56,101 nt of DNA from Bigelowiella natans CCMP2755. Its lineage: Eukaryota; Protista; Cercozoa. The DNA lies in NCBI GenBank assembly GCA_000320545.1, contig ADNK01002448.1, positions 1-56,101 on the forward strand, read 5' to 3'. The notes under the pieces are model-generated. The model was not told the origin of the DNA. It searched no databases and was given only the letters and a program-made list of their open reading frames with translations. Below, one piece after another: positions 44,207 to 56,101 of this stretch. Positions within the stretch are counted from its first letter, which is position 1. Every line of letters starts with the position of its first letter. The position numbers were made by a program, and so were the translations under genes.

Positions 44207-45401
44207 TTTTACCATACCTTCTGGTGGCTGCCGATATTATAAAGATACCAAAGACTCCACAACGCGATAACGAATAGGAAGATGAACAGAATAGTACCCC
44301 ACTAAATACATTACAAAGAATCATAACTAACACTTCGATCAGATCACTTTGATGATAACAGGCGGTAGCATATTTATAATTTGACAGCTAACAGCAATAG
44401 CACTGGCAACATATTTGTGTCTTTTCTACCTTGTCCTGAGTGTCTGTTCGAGCTTCACAAACCTTCAGAACATTATAGTGTATATTATCTTCATGTTGAG
44501 AAATTGCAATTTTTGATAATATCTTTTATTTGCGTAAGGAAATGGCTTTAATGAGTGTAAATAACTATTTGTGATGATTCAGACCGCAAGGGGAGGGCAA
44601 TTTAGTTTTTGGACAGATTGCGGCGGGCAATAGGTCCTGTGAATAATAAAATTATCCTTCATCCGAATGAATTCTGGTAGTGTACTGATTGAATTAAATT
44701 GGCTTATCTAAAATCTAAGCATGCTATCACTTAGTGTTAGTATTTACCCTTCTTCACATGGACTCATCGATGTTGTATCCCGAGAACAAACATATCCAGG
44801 GCCTAGTGGATATCATAGTGAAGATAATGGCTGACAAGCTGACGAGCGTAGATAGGGATGCTAGTGCTGATGGAATAGAAAGAATAACGATGGGAATAAC
44901 CTTTTTATGGAAATAATTGAAATATTCAATCGCCTAATATTTCCACACATCTTTGTGTTTTAGTACTAATGTGAAAATATGTAGTTTCATTAAAAGATCT
45001 GCGTTATGTGCTGCGTATGCGTATGTTGGTGTGTCAATGTTATTGGTATAAGGGTACAGCAGAAAGTAGGCTCGGTCATGTTTCCCGGACAGTAACTTCC
45101 TTCCCTGCATGGGAGTGCAGGGCTGGATATGTTCAGTCTGAAGAATCCTGGGTCAACTGTGTAGTTTTCCGCTACATTGCAAGCGCAAGATGTCTGCGAA
45201 TAATATGTATAAATAATAAGGGATTTAGGTGCTACAAATTGATGTTGAAGATTCTCCTACCGGACCGACAGCCCTCGGTCCGATGTCGATTAGATCTTGA
45301 ACTTCATTTGCATCCGAAGAGACTAGCCCCGGGCACGGAATTAGACGGCGAGCATCAGATTGAATTGCAAAGAGTAGGAGAGCGATGTTTCCAAAGGTCA
45401 T
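38748..45401 (-). CDS. ABCG (White-type) half-transporter with an N-terminal signal peptide and Cys-rich extracellular region
   Basis: Walker A AIMGPSGAGKT (~42770-42805), Q-loop GFVPQEDVM, signature RGISGGQRKRVNVGLE (~42025-42075), LDASTA, H-loop VIHSPS, TMD motifs FGAERTIFYR..YFFAK and MSPFRWGNEAFY; N-terminal MTFGNIALLLFAIQSDA and CREGSYCPG. Start tentative. Confidence 0.9.
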
Positions 45402-45871
45402 TTAAATCTACAATGTAGTTCTTGGAGGCGGGGGGGGGCGGGGCGGAAGATGATTCAAGGACTGTGATGGGAAGCGGCGGGTGATGAATAATGGAAGTAT
45501 CACACAGTGAGAAAAATGTTGGAGTGCTAACTTTCAGCTTCAACTTCCCTCAATTTGTGCTCTTCGTGTGGATCCTGAAGAAGAAAAAGACCGCTTTCCC
45601 AGTACATGCTTGCAGAGCGACATGCTCATTCCATCAATGTTTCTGAGATTCCTGTCGAATGAAGGACCAGTGGCTATTTCTGGCATCCACTCTTAGAGTT
45701 TTTGTTTGGTTGAAATGGCACAACTTGAGTCTTGAATTTGATCTTCCAACTTTTCAAGTCCACATCGATTTCCGCCTCGGAACCCAACGACACAGAAGAA
45801 ATGTGGAAATGAGTTAGAAAATCAATTGCGACACACACGAATGATTGTCGCAGTGTAGAACTTTCCATAGT

Positions 45872-46700
45872 CGTTGAAAATTTTGCAATCTGGACTCAGT
45901 TGCGTGCCTCACATCCCTGTGTGGCTCTTGATGCCCCCCCCTGCTGCTGCTGCTGCTGCTGCTGCTCCTGTGATCTCGGCAAGCGTGGTGTTTGTTGCTG
46001 CAACATCGAATTTGTTTCTAGCACCTTCTTTGGACGCCAACAAGCTCAAGTTGTGTCTAGCTAGCTCTGGAGCTAGCCAACTGGCCCTCCTGGCTAGCTG
46101 GCTTGTTTTGCACTGCTGGATTGACGTGCTGGAGGCAACCTGACAGGTCGGGGACTGCATCTCCGCGAACGTGTCGCGAAACTTCTCTTGAAACTTTGCT
46201 AGCGCTGCAAACTGTTCTGTGTTCTGTGCCACTGTGCCTCGACTTTCCAGCTCGACTTCAATTGCCACACAACACAAAACGCACAATCAAGCAACGAAAC
46301 GTCAGCACTCGCTGCACAAAAAATGAAACTTCCCTTGCCATGATGCCAACTTGCGTTTTTGGAACTTCAGACTTGACAGTGGATGTGCATGCGTTGCGCA
46401 GCACTGCAGCGATGACTAGATGACAACACACCTGCCAGCCTGCATGCGACCTGGCGATGATGGTCGCGCTGTCCATGGCAGCATGCCCCAAGCACAGAAG
46501 ATCTAGAGATGTGCACGCTAGCACGCACAATGCTAGAATATGCAAATTTCGCCATGCAGCATGGGGGATGATTTTGGCAGGTGCATGTCTAGATGTCATT
46601 GGCTTGTTCCAGTGTTGCTAGCTGCTAGCTGTGTGTTCATCGCATGTCTGAACTTCGACACAAAACGAGAGGCTGTTCACAAGGTTGGGGCATCAGATGA
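45872..46700. other. TpA-depleted, CTAG-retaining island 7
   Basis: About 830 bp with 14 TA, 13 of them CTAG. Confidence 0.92.
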
Positions 46701-46839
46701 TCTTAGGCCTACCTAGGTGTATGTGTGATATCTCCTCCATGTGTTGGGCTCTCATTTCAGATTCAGTCGATAGAATTCGCTTTTGTGTCCTTGACATGCC
46801 AATTGTGAACTTGACAGCCTTGAACCTTCAGCAGCTAAA

Positions 46840-49100
46840 TCACCGCAGCTCGGCGCCGTAATTCGCGACCTTTTCCCTTACGCGTAACTGGATATCGTCC
46901 ACCTGCCCAAGAGACAATTGTCAAAAATGGAAGCTGCATAATGGTAGACTTTGCCTCCCCTAAAACTTAACCCAGAGAGAGAATTTGGCAAGACTGCTAA
47001 TTTAGGATTGTACCCCCCCCAGAAGAAATTAGTATCATGACCCTTCTGCTCTTCTTAACAACTGTGACAAGAGAAAACTCTTTCGCGAACCGACCACTGT
47101 CGCTTTTCCATCTCAAATCCCATCCAAATCTTTATCTATTATAATTATGGGCGACTCAAACACCCATGCACACACGCTTTCTGTACCTCTTCATTTGTCA
47201 GGGACCTCTCCATTGATCGATAGTTGATGCGGTAGCATCTGCTTTCTCTGTTGGTCTTGGGGTGTGTAAATTGGTCGATAAGCTCCACTCCCTCTACGAG
47301 ATCACCGGCCTCGTCTCGCACCTAGAGGTTAGAGCGAAGACGCGACGGTAAGGATGCGAAAGGGGGATAGGTTTTATCAGATATATGTTGCATGTTGTTG
47401 AACTGTCATGTGCTCGATCGATCGCACCATAGCGAAGATGTCGTTCTCTTCAAACTGTTCCGGAAGCCAAAAGCTCATGTCCTTGTAGCACGGAGGATAC
47501 TACGCGTGCAGCGGGTCGGCAAAGAAGAAAGGGAGGATTGGAAAGAAGAAAACAAAACATCCGTTGTCATCTCAAGCGCTTTTGGTTTGGAAATTAGAGA
47601 GCTTAATGGATTTTAATTCCACCTTGGAGAAAGGCTTGAATTTAGTGATTTTCCCCTCTTGAAACTGGGACAAAAACCTGTCCAAACACCCCACAACATA
47701 ATAGGATGAGGCAACGGTCCTAATATCCCTCGGGTTCTCTCTGGTGGTTTTCAACAAGGGCAGCATGACAAACCGTTCATCTTGGCTCCAGAATAGACGA
47801 ATGTCCGGTATTTCAAATAATACCTGGGTTATGATCATACAGGGAGTCAAAACCAAGCGGCTCAGATCATCATTGCATTTATCTCTCAGATATCTATTCC
47901 GACTCACATATTGAACCGTCGATGAATCTTAAGATACAAAGATCACACATTGCAACATTTCTTTACTAGACGTAACGCATACTGATTAAACTTGTTTCTT
48001 ACCATCGCCAAACGCTCTAGGCCCATGCCGAACGCCCATGCGACCTTCCAATCACAACATCACAATAACAATAACAACACTGTTATAGGCAGAAACGAAG
48101 AAGGCAGTAAGAAGCACAGCGATAAATCTTGCTTAGAATCTGGACGGAATTGACGGAAATGCGTTTGAATATTGATGCTGATTTACTATTTTAGCGATTC
48201 TGTGAGCATCTTCCCTACTCTTTCATTTTTAATTTTACGTCGTCTCTTTCTATCGAAACGCCTTTTTACCTGCTCTCCGTTTCCTGGGCCCATTCCAGCA
48301 CTCTGTAGAATTTTCTCCTGCATCACCCCACAGCCAAGAACTTCGAGCCAATCTCCATTGAAAAACACCTAGGCATTGAAAGGAAGGGGGAGGGGGGGGC
48401 GGAGAACTATCTTGAAAAATTGACACAAGCCGTAATACGAGAGTCTAATTAGCTGCTGCATTTTGCAGGTGGCAGCGGTAGAGTAGGTAAGTATGCGATA
48501 AGTTACATACCTCAAGCTCCATAGAATCATGTGTGAATGGGAAATAAGCGTCCACCTAGTCAGTCAAACGACAAAGATCAACTTGGCTCAAATACTGCGA
48601 CATTGTGAGGTTTATCTATCTTCGTCGTATATGTAACAGCATCTGATAATAGCTCTAATAGCTCTGCAAATAAACATGGAGAGTAATTGCATCGTCATCT
48701 TTATTTTGGAGAACGACTGAGAACTAAGTGAATGCCTCACCCATCGAGTCTCCACGTCACCGAAAATCGTCTGTAAAGATATTACATTGAATCACCACAC
48801 GCAACATATACACAATCTCTCTCTCTCTCTCTCTCTCCCTCTCCCTCTCCCTCTCCCACTTACACAAACACACACTCACACACGCGCGCAAATACACACT
48901 CATACACACACTCATACACACCTTCACCATTCCCTCTAACGTTTTCTTTAGATCAGCCACCACCATTTCATTAGTAAGGCCCTTCGTCTAATACAACAAC
49001 CCATAAACAACTCGTATCATATAAATTCGTTTTTCCTTCCAATATGTGCATTATATTATGCGCTGACGCGCGCAGGAGAGCGCGCGCGCACACACACACA

Positions 49101-49132
<32 letters not shown>

Positions 49133-50843
49133 GAAACAAAAGCCTTAGCATTTCACCGTTTTTGGATCCCATACGCGAACACCCTCCATTTGGTGGAATA
49201 CGGGGTAGTGCGAAGCATCGATCTGAAGATATTTCGACGCACACAGTAGCAAACACGCAAACAGGCACAGGTCACCATACAGGGCACAACGCACGTATAG
49301 CAGAGGGCTCAATGTACGCAGTAGTTGGCTTTTCCGGGATCACTACCTCATCACGTCGAAAGCAATCGCCAGTGACGAGGAAAGCCTTTTCCCCCTCCCG
49401 TAGCAATTCCGTTTGATGTGCGCTGCGGTGGGTGGAGTGAGTATCGTGAGTCGAAGATCGCAACCGCGCTCGTGTTCAACGACACAAAAAGGAAAAACAT
49501 CATTTCATTTATTTTCGACGTCGTCATTGGATGTGTACCTTGTGTGCGTCCTCAGCACAGTGGATGGGTCCTTGGATGAATAAGAAAAATACAATCACAA
49601 CAATAACGCGTTTGAAAGCTCTCTCCCCTAAAAAGCTAACGTAGCTCTCCTCAATCCGCAGAGTATAGACGATTATAAAAAGACAATTTTTTACCTTATA
49701 GTAAGTGTCGGAGATCTTTCTAGAGACGTGGTCCTTCGGCACTAATACATCGTCGAAGCAAGCCTGGCGAGGACCAGTAATTAGCCGATCACTCATATTT
49801 TATATTTAACACCGTATGTACCTGCGTTGAGACGTAAGCAGGCATTTGGTCAAAGTTCTTGAAGACTACGCCGTCGTCACTGCTCGACTTCAGATCTTCA
49901 AAGTAGCCATAAATCTAGGGAGGTATATCAGGCACACGCTTGTTGAAGGAATACGGGAAGGTGCGAAAACACATCAGAGAGCCCAGAAGCGTACACCATT
50001 CGCGTCAAAACAAATACCGCATAAAAAAACCCACCATCCTCCATCACCAGACGTTGTCGCGAATACCATCGTTTTGTTGCGTATTGCTACCTTGTTTTTA
50101 ATGATGTTCAGAGGGTGGTTCTTCTGAAGGTGGAGGTTCACTCCGACCTACTCATGGCATGGCAAAGAGGCAAGTAACAAGACGGAACGGAGTCTAAGAC
50201 AATGCAAGAGAACCGCACTCAGTTAAACTCACCTTTTCCATGATGCTAGGGGTGATGTTGCTTTCGAAATCTCCAGGGTTTTCGGGGTCAGGAATGCCGG
50301 TAGAAGCCTTGATAGTTGCCTGTGCTCCTCCTGCCATCAAGGATATACACGGAAGTGGGAGGTGAAAGGGGGGAGGTTGAGGCTTAAGTCGGAATGGACA
50401 ACGTCCTCTGCTCATAGATACTATGCGTGGTTATTTATTCAGAGAACGATTGATACGTCTTCTGACCTTGGAGGCTTGCAACTTCCTCGGCTGCGGTCCT
50501 CATGTGCAGGCGCGAAGAAACACGGTTAGCAGGGTAGAGCATTTGCCGTGTGAAGCGGTTTGTAACTGTTGGAGAATCGTTAACCTGCCGTAGGGAAAAT
50601 CAGGCTGCTTAGCGGAGATTGGTGAAAAAAGCAGGAAAAGCTTATTTTTACAGATCTGTGCCCTGCCCCTCCTTTTTACCCAGGCGTATTACTTACCATG
50701 CGCGCCGCTGTTGACTGCAGAAGGTCTTCAGTACTTCTCGTGAAGGTTACGCATACAAGCGCCAACGTTAGCGTAGTGAAAAGAATCGTGGCAAAAGCCA
50801 TGAGCTTGGTCTTGTTCGCGCTTCTTCGCATTGACCTATACAT
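46840..50843 (-). CDS. FARS2: Organellar (monomeric, FARS2-type) phenylalanyl-tRNA synthetase with a bipartite leader
   Basis: NITPSIMEK|[108 protein letters not shown]-terminal anticodon-binding [17 protein letters not shown]; leader [34 protein letters not shown]. Confidence 0.93.
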
Positions 50844-51547
50844 TGCTGCCTAAGCACACCACACAACAAGAATCAATGGAATTGCTGTGGAAGAAGCATC
50901 GCCGTTTTCGCATCCTGCCCTGTTTTTTTGTAACATGTTGAGCCGTTTTGTTCCATGAAACAAAACCGACCCTCGAAAGCCGTCTGGACGAATGATACAG
51001 ACACGTAACCACGTACTCGTGCAGCTGCTACTACCAACATAGAAACAACTACAGGAGACTCCCCAGATCGAAAACCGAAGACGGCAGAATGCGCTATCAC
51101 ATAAAATCGCAGCGCAGTTCAATCTCTAGACAAGAAGGAGCAGAATCGCCCCTCTCCCAAACACCTCTCGTATCGTGTGGTGCCCAACCCAAAGAAAGGC
51201 AGTGGTGAACCCTACCGAACCAGTGGCTTGATCTATCCGGAGATTCCCCAGAGAGTTTCGCAGAAACATCCCGCCGTCTCCACCAGATCCTTCAGGTACT
51301 GGCGGGGACAACTGTGTTGAGTATCCGACGACGTCACCTAGTTTGCTATGTCGCAGGTGTCAAATGGCAGGAATTCCAACATCCATACAAAATCTCTGCC
51401 AACAACTCCAAAGCTAGGACGCCCCTTCCGTGCCCTTCGAGCGTGAATGGGGGCTGTCATTGCCATTCTCATGAACATCCTAAAATCCGTCATAGGATTT
51501 GCCCTGGGTCCTTCTCCCTTTTTGTCGTAGCGTTTTGCGATCTATGC

Positions 51548-53580
51548 ATGGGGCTGGGTTTGGAAGGAAATGAGGGGGGTGTGAGTAAGTGGTCCTCGTT
51601 GCATCGGGAAACGTTCGACGACGGGCGTCACGTATTGGTTGATTCGCCGTTGTAGCGTAAAACCGCGCGGTTAGGACGAAGATTTTTCGCCTGCCCGCTA
51701 CAATATCCAAATTGAAAACTTCCATTCACTGGATCGATCCCAGCGAATCTCAGACTTTTAAACTTACACATACGTGTTCATTGACAGGAGGAGGAGGAGA
51801 AAAGCGCAAACATGAGCCCCTATCTGCAAAGGAGGTTCGAGAGATGCGATTGCGGAAGCTAGGTAGAGGCTCGAAAGCGCCGCGGCTGACTGATCAGCGG
51901 GACGACACCAAAGAAAATGGGGCCAGCGCTGATGCCTTGCGACGACGGAAGAAAGCCAAGGGCAATGATTCTGGGAAGGAAGGAAAAACAGATGTGAAAA
52001 TCGAAAGACCCACCTCGTCATTCGGTATGTAAAAAATCCATTCCAATTCGACCTATATATGCGTTATTTATATGATGGGAGAAGTGGCCACTCACACTGG
52101 GTTCCTATTGTGCATTGTTCTTGCTCAGAAAACACAACTACGCCAAACAAAAACAATGCAAATCCCAGCATCAAACCTGTCCAAGGGCCTTCGCAATCTA
52201 AGAAAGGAGTATCCTCAGATAAATCGAAGCCTGAACTCGATAAAAGTACAATCCCAGATCCCGAGAAACCGTCCTCTTCGTTACAACACGTCAAAGAGAT
52301 TAGCAGTGTAAAACCAATGAGCGTGGAGGAGCACGAGACCGCCAATACCGTAGCTGCGAAGAAAATGAGGAAGAAAGAGCAGAAGAAGTCACCTCCCGCG
52401 AAGACCAAGAAGAAGACATTACCAGCAGCAAAACCTTTAGAGAAACAAAAGGCCTTGAACCTTGCAGAGATTGAAGACGAGATGTTCCGCCCTATCCTGA
52501 GAATTGCCCTGAACCCCGAAGTTGCGAAAACATGCGGATTCACACACATCCAACTCGAGGACGAGGTAACCAAGCATGCAAATTGTTTCTTCCACACAGA
52601 GGACCGCCCCTACCTGAAGGGTGGTTCATCCACTGACCCCCACCTACACGTTTCACAGGTCGAGGATGCAAACTCCTCCCAACCAGCAGGCAAGGGGGGG
52701 GAGGAGAAAGGCACTTCTCAGCAGCAGCTTCTCACGCTAGGAAACATAGACTTCGTCCTTATCCGACGTTTCGACGTCCCCAATACCAGCGAGTCATCCC
52801 ACTTTGGCTATATGGTGAGCTGCTACCGCAGAACGCTGTCGCGCCTAGACAGGGCGAGGAAGGGTCTTGCAAGCAGCAGTAGCAGCAGCAGCATGAAGAC
52901 CAGCTATTCCCAGGCTAAGCTAGAGGCCCAAGTGAAATCCCTCGAGGGCCTTTGCCAAGTGCTGATTTCCTACGCGCACCTTTCGCTCTCCCCCTCCGCA
53001 GGCATCTGCGACGCAGGGCAGATAAAGGCTAGCCTGGCCACGTGCAGGACGCTGCTCGGCGCCGAGCCAAAGATGTCGCGCACACTGCCGCCCGGGATGT
53101 TCAACCTCCTGCTGGACCGGTACATCGTCGTCGCAGAGGGGGAAGGGAGTTGTAAGAGTAGTAGCAGTGATAATATCAACCCCTCATCCTCCTCCTCGTC
53201 GTCGTCGTACGATGACTCCGGCAGTGAGGAATTCACTCACCCCCTCCTCGATGGAATCCTAAGCCTTGACAGCAAAGGCGAGCGCAGCAAGTGGACTTCG
53301 GATGGCTACTCGCGCCCTATGCGCTGCCTGGCGCTGCTTTCCTCGCATCGTCTGGGGGCGAAGGGCATCACCTCGCATCCGTCTTTTGCTGTGCCTAAGG
53401 AGCTCGAGCAGCACCGAGATTTCAGGAATTATGAGCGGAAGATGCTGCTTTCCCCAGCGTTCACCTTTACCCAGGTGCGGGCTGCTAGATGATGATGATA
53501 CTGCTGTGCTCGATGCTGTTCTATGTTTGTGTTATGCCACCTCTCTTTGTGTGGGCGAATCTCTCTCTCTCTCTCTCTCA

Positions 53581-53615
<35 letters not shown>

Positions 53616-55332
53616 TGTTTTGGGAAGATGGATATAGTTTATCGTTCCACATCCCCCTTTTATTTTAGAGTTCATATTGCTCTTTTTGCTGTGGGGTTAT
53701 TCATCATGCATCCTTTCCCACTACTTTTGTGCTGATGACGATGATGCATCTTCCAGTGGGATAGGCTAACACAATCACAAGACAGAGCCACCATTGAAAC
53801 GGCACAGGTAAGCATCTAGTAACAAACAAATAACCAATTATCACAAATACAAGGCGCCTACCCTTCTTCTGCTCCTACAAAAGAGCGATAAATCCTCACC
53901 TCCCAACCGTGTTTCTGGGAAAGCATTCTCTAATAGATTGTTTCATCGTTGGTTTGTCCAACGCACCAGGCCAACTTCGATGCTGTGCAGGCAGGGCTCT
54001 GCACCATCTTTGGCCGTCTCTGCAGCAAGTCCTCAAACGTCGGTTTCTCGAAAACAGGTTTGCGAGTATTAATTGCAAATACCTATAAAGCTCATCAGCA
54101 TGAGTGTTTTGAAGTCACCGTGGGGGGAGATGTGTTGGTGCCTGCACGCTTTCAGTTATGCTGTATGCGTATTTGTGTTGGCATTTGGTCAGGAGCCTCC
54201 CCTCGCAATAAACTATATCGATGGATTACCAGTATACTCCGACTAAACAAGGAGAGAAGAAAGATGAGCTACAACCCAACGAAAGCAGCCTCCGCACGTA
54301 CGGATATACCACCTTTAGAAAATACGTTTGTATAGGAGCTGTCTAGAGGCTGGTTGGGGACAGGATGTGTTTTCCCTGCAAAAGCATCATAGGCAGCACT
54401 TTGGCTCAAATTTCCATACTGGCGTTGACTTTCGCAACTGCATCGTTTTTTTGTTATTTAAGAAATAACTCTGATAGTCTGCATACGATTACCAATCTTT
54501 TCCTCTTTCGCATTCTTCACCTTCTTCCTCCCCTCCCGTCTCTCTTTCTTCTCCCTGTACTACACCCCAACATCTTCCAATCGTCCTCTTCTCTTTAACG
54601 GCAGATTTTCTTATAACCCTCGGCGGAGTGCTCGCTCGGATGTGCCGTCCTTTCATTAAACGTCGGCAGCACAACGTTGTGGATGGAAGGTATTGCCGGA
54701 GTTTATTTTGCCCAAACGATAAGCTTGCGTCTTCGCCGATAACAACAGGAGGCCTATCATTGGGTTTCTAGCCCCCCTCCCCCCCCCACTTCCCTTCTCA
54801 GCCGCTTCGCTCTTTTTAGGTACTTACTCAGCAAGGGAGAGGATAGCAGTAGCGAATCAAAGTTTAAATGGCGCGTGGAGTACGACGATGTTACAAGGTT
54901 GGCTGCATCGATGAACGATAAAGACGTTTCGAGCTTTGCGTCTATACGAGCGGCGGCCAAAGACATACGTGGTAGGTAGTAGCTAGCACCGTTGGTTTGG
55001 TGCTTGCAATGCTCTATGTGAAACATATCACATCATGGTCAATGGTTAGAATGTCGAAGTTATTTTGTCGTTTCTTAGGGATAGATATTCGTATTTTTAT
55101 TAATTCATTAATTGAATTTTCTTGTTTTTCTTCCTTACCCACCTACCCACTCCCCCCCCCCCCATTTAGCGCGGGAGCAGCAGGGTGATGATGTAAAATC
55201 GGGCAAGGCAGAAATAAGGCCGAAGGCGATCTCTACGAGGATAGTAAGCTCTGCTGCTGTTACGGAGACGTTGTTCCTTACAATGGAGGTGGGTTTTTAC
55301 TTATAATGAGAGCTCACGCGAGAGAGAGAAAT

Positions 55333-55385
<53 letters not shown>

Positions 55386-55390
55386 GAGAC

Positions 55391-55453
<63 letters not shown>

Positions 55454-55660
55454 CAGAGAGAAGGACATTTTTGGTAGTTTGGTGACGGAATGCTGAAAGT
55501 GAATCCTTAGTTCGGAGGACAAACAACTATGTTGCGTGTCATATAACACACTCTTTCCCTATACTGTGATCGCCGTACACACCGTTTGGATTTTAATGAG
55601 AGAAATGCGCAAGGAGACACGAATAGACTATATGTCCTTCTTCATATATGTTTGATATAA

Positions 55661-55697
<37 letters not shown>

Positions 55698-56101
55698 GTC
55701 CTCGACTTCTATTGCCTGAGTTTAGTTAACCCTCCTCTCGTTGATTATCCTATATTGGGTTTCACGTTTCCCTCCCCCCCCCCCCCACCCCCCCTCCCTA
55801 CTTTTAATATGTGCTGCAGGCATTACATCTCGGTTGGAATCGGCAAGCCGAGGTGTGTGTCTGTTTTCTCTGTTTCCCTCGTCAGTGCTGCTGTTTGTTG
55901 TTATCATGCTGACGGGCATTCCTACTCTCCACTGCGATTCTTTAGTACTCTAACTAGCTTTTCCCTATCAAACTTCCAAGTACTTGTAGTAGTAGTAGTA
56001 GTAGTAGAGACGTGGAAAGATATGGAATTGAAATCGTGAAGCTTAACCTTTCATTTCGACCCTGTCGTCGCTGCGTTTCCCTGTCTACCCCCCCCCCCCC
56101 C
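51548..56101 (+). CDS. UFD2: Ubiquitin conjugation factor E4 (UFD2/UBE4 family), 5' part; continues beyond the window
   Basis: N-terminal [15 protein letters not shown]; [10 protein letters not shown]; Ufd2-core-like [48 protein letters not shown] and VTETLFLT. The U-box is not in the window and the start is tentative. Confidence 0.75.
55320..55460. repeat. Long intronic (GA)n array with GACA interruptions
   Basis: Directly visible. Confidence 0.95.

Noticed and set aside
33282-56101. SHP protein, F-box protein and UFD2 as a ubiquitin/p97 gene cluster
   Set aside because: They are interspersed with unrelated genes (ABCG, PheRS) and such genes are abundant in eukaryotes, so chance proximity is sufficient.

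Overview
Gene-dense, intron-rich eukaryotic nuclear DNA with short GT-AG introns full of (TA)n/(CA)n/(GA)n microsatellites. Two genes have signal-peptide plus transit-peptide-like leaders, so the host is probably an alga with a secondary plastid; a chlorarachniophyte-like host is my inference, not proven. Exons stitched by hand give about 11 genes: a GNAT acetyltransferase, a secreted VWD protein, a coiled-coil membrane protein, an ALYREF/THOC4-like RRM protein, a plastid-targeted multi-TM protein, a kinesin fused to an alpha/beta-hydrolase and a transglutaminase-like domain, a 4-TM SHP-box protein, an F-box protein, an ABCG half-transporter, an organellar PheRS and a partial UFD2/UBE4. The most striking signal is non-coding. 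Seven 0.3-1 kb islands have almost no TpA except inside CTAG, while TG/CA are abundant and CpG is retained. Every spacer that follows a gene 3' end has such an island, and none of the three head-to-head spacers does. This looks like the footprint of a targeted A-to-G (T-to-C) mutator or base-modification system with a TAH/DTA target. All counts are by hand and exon boundaries are approximate.
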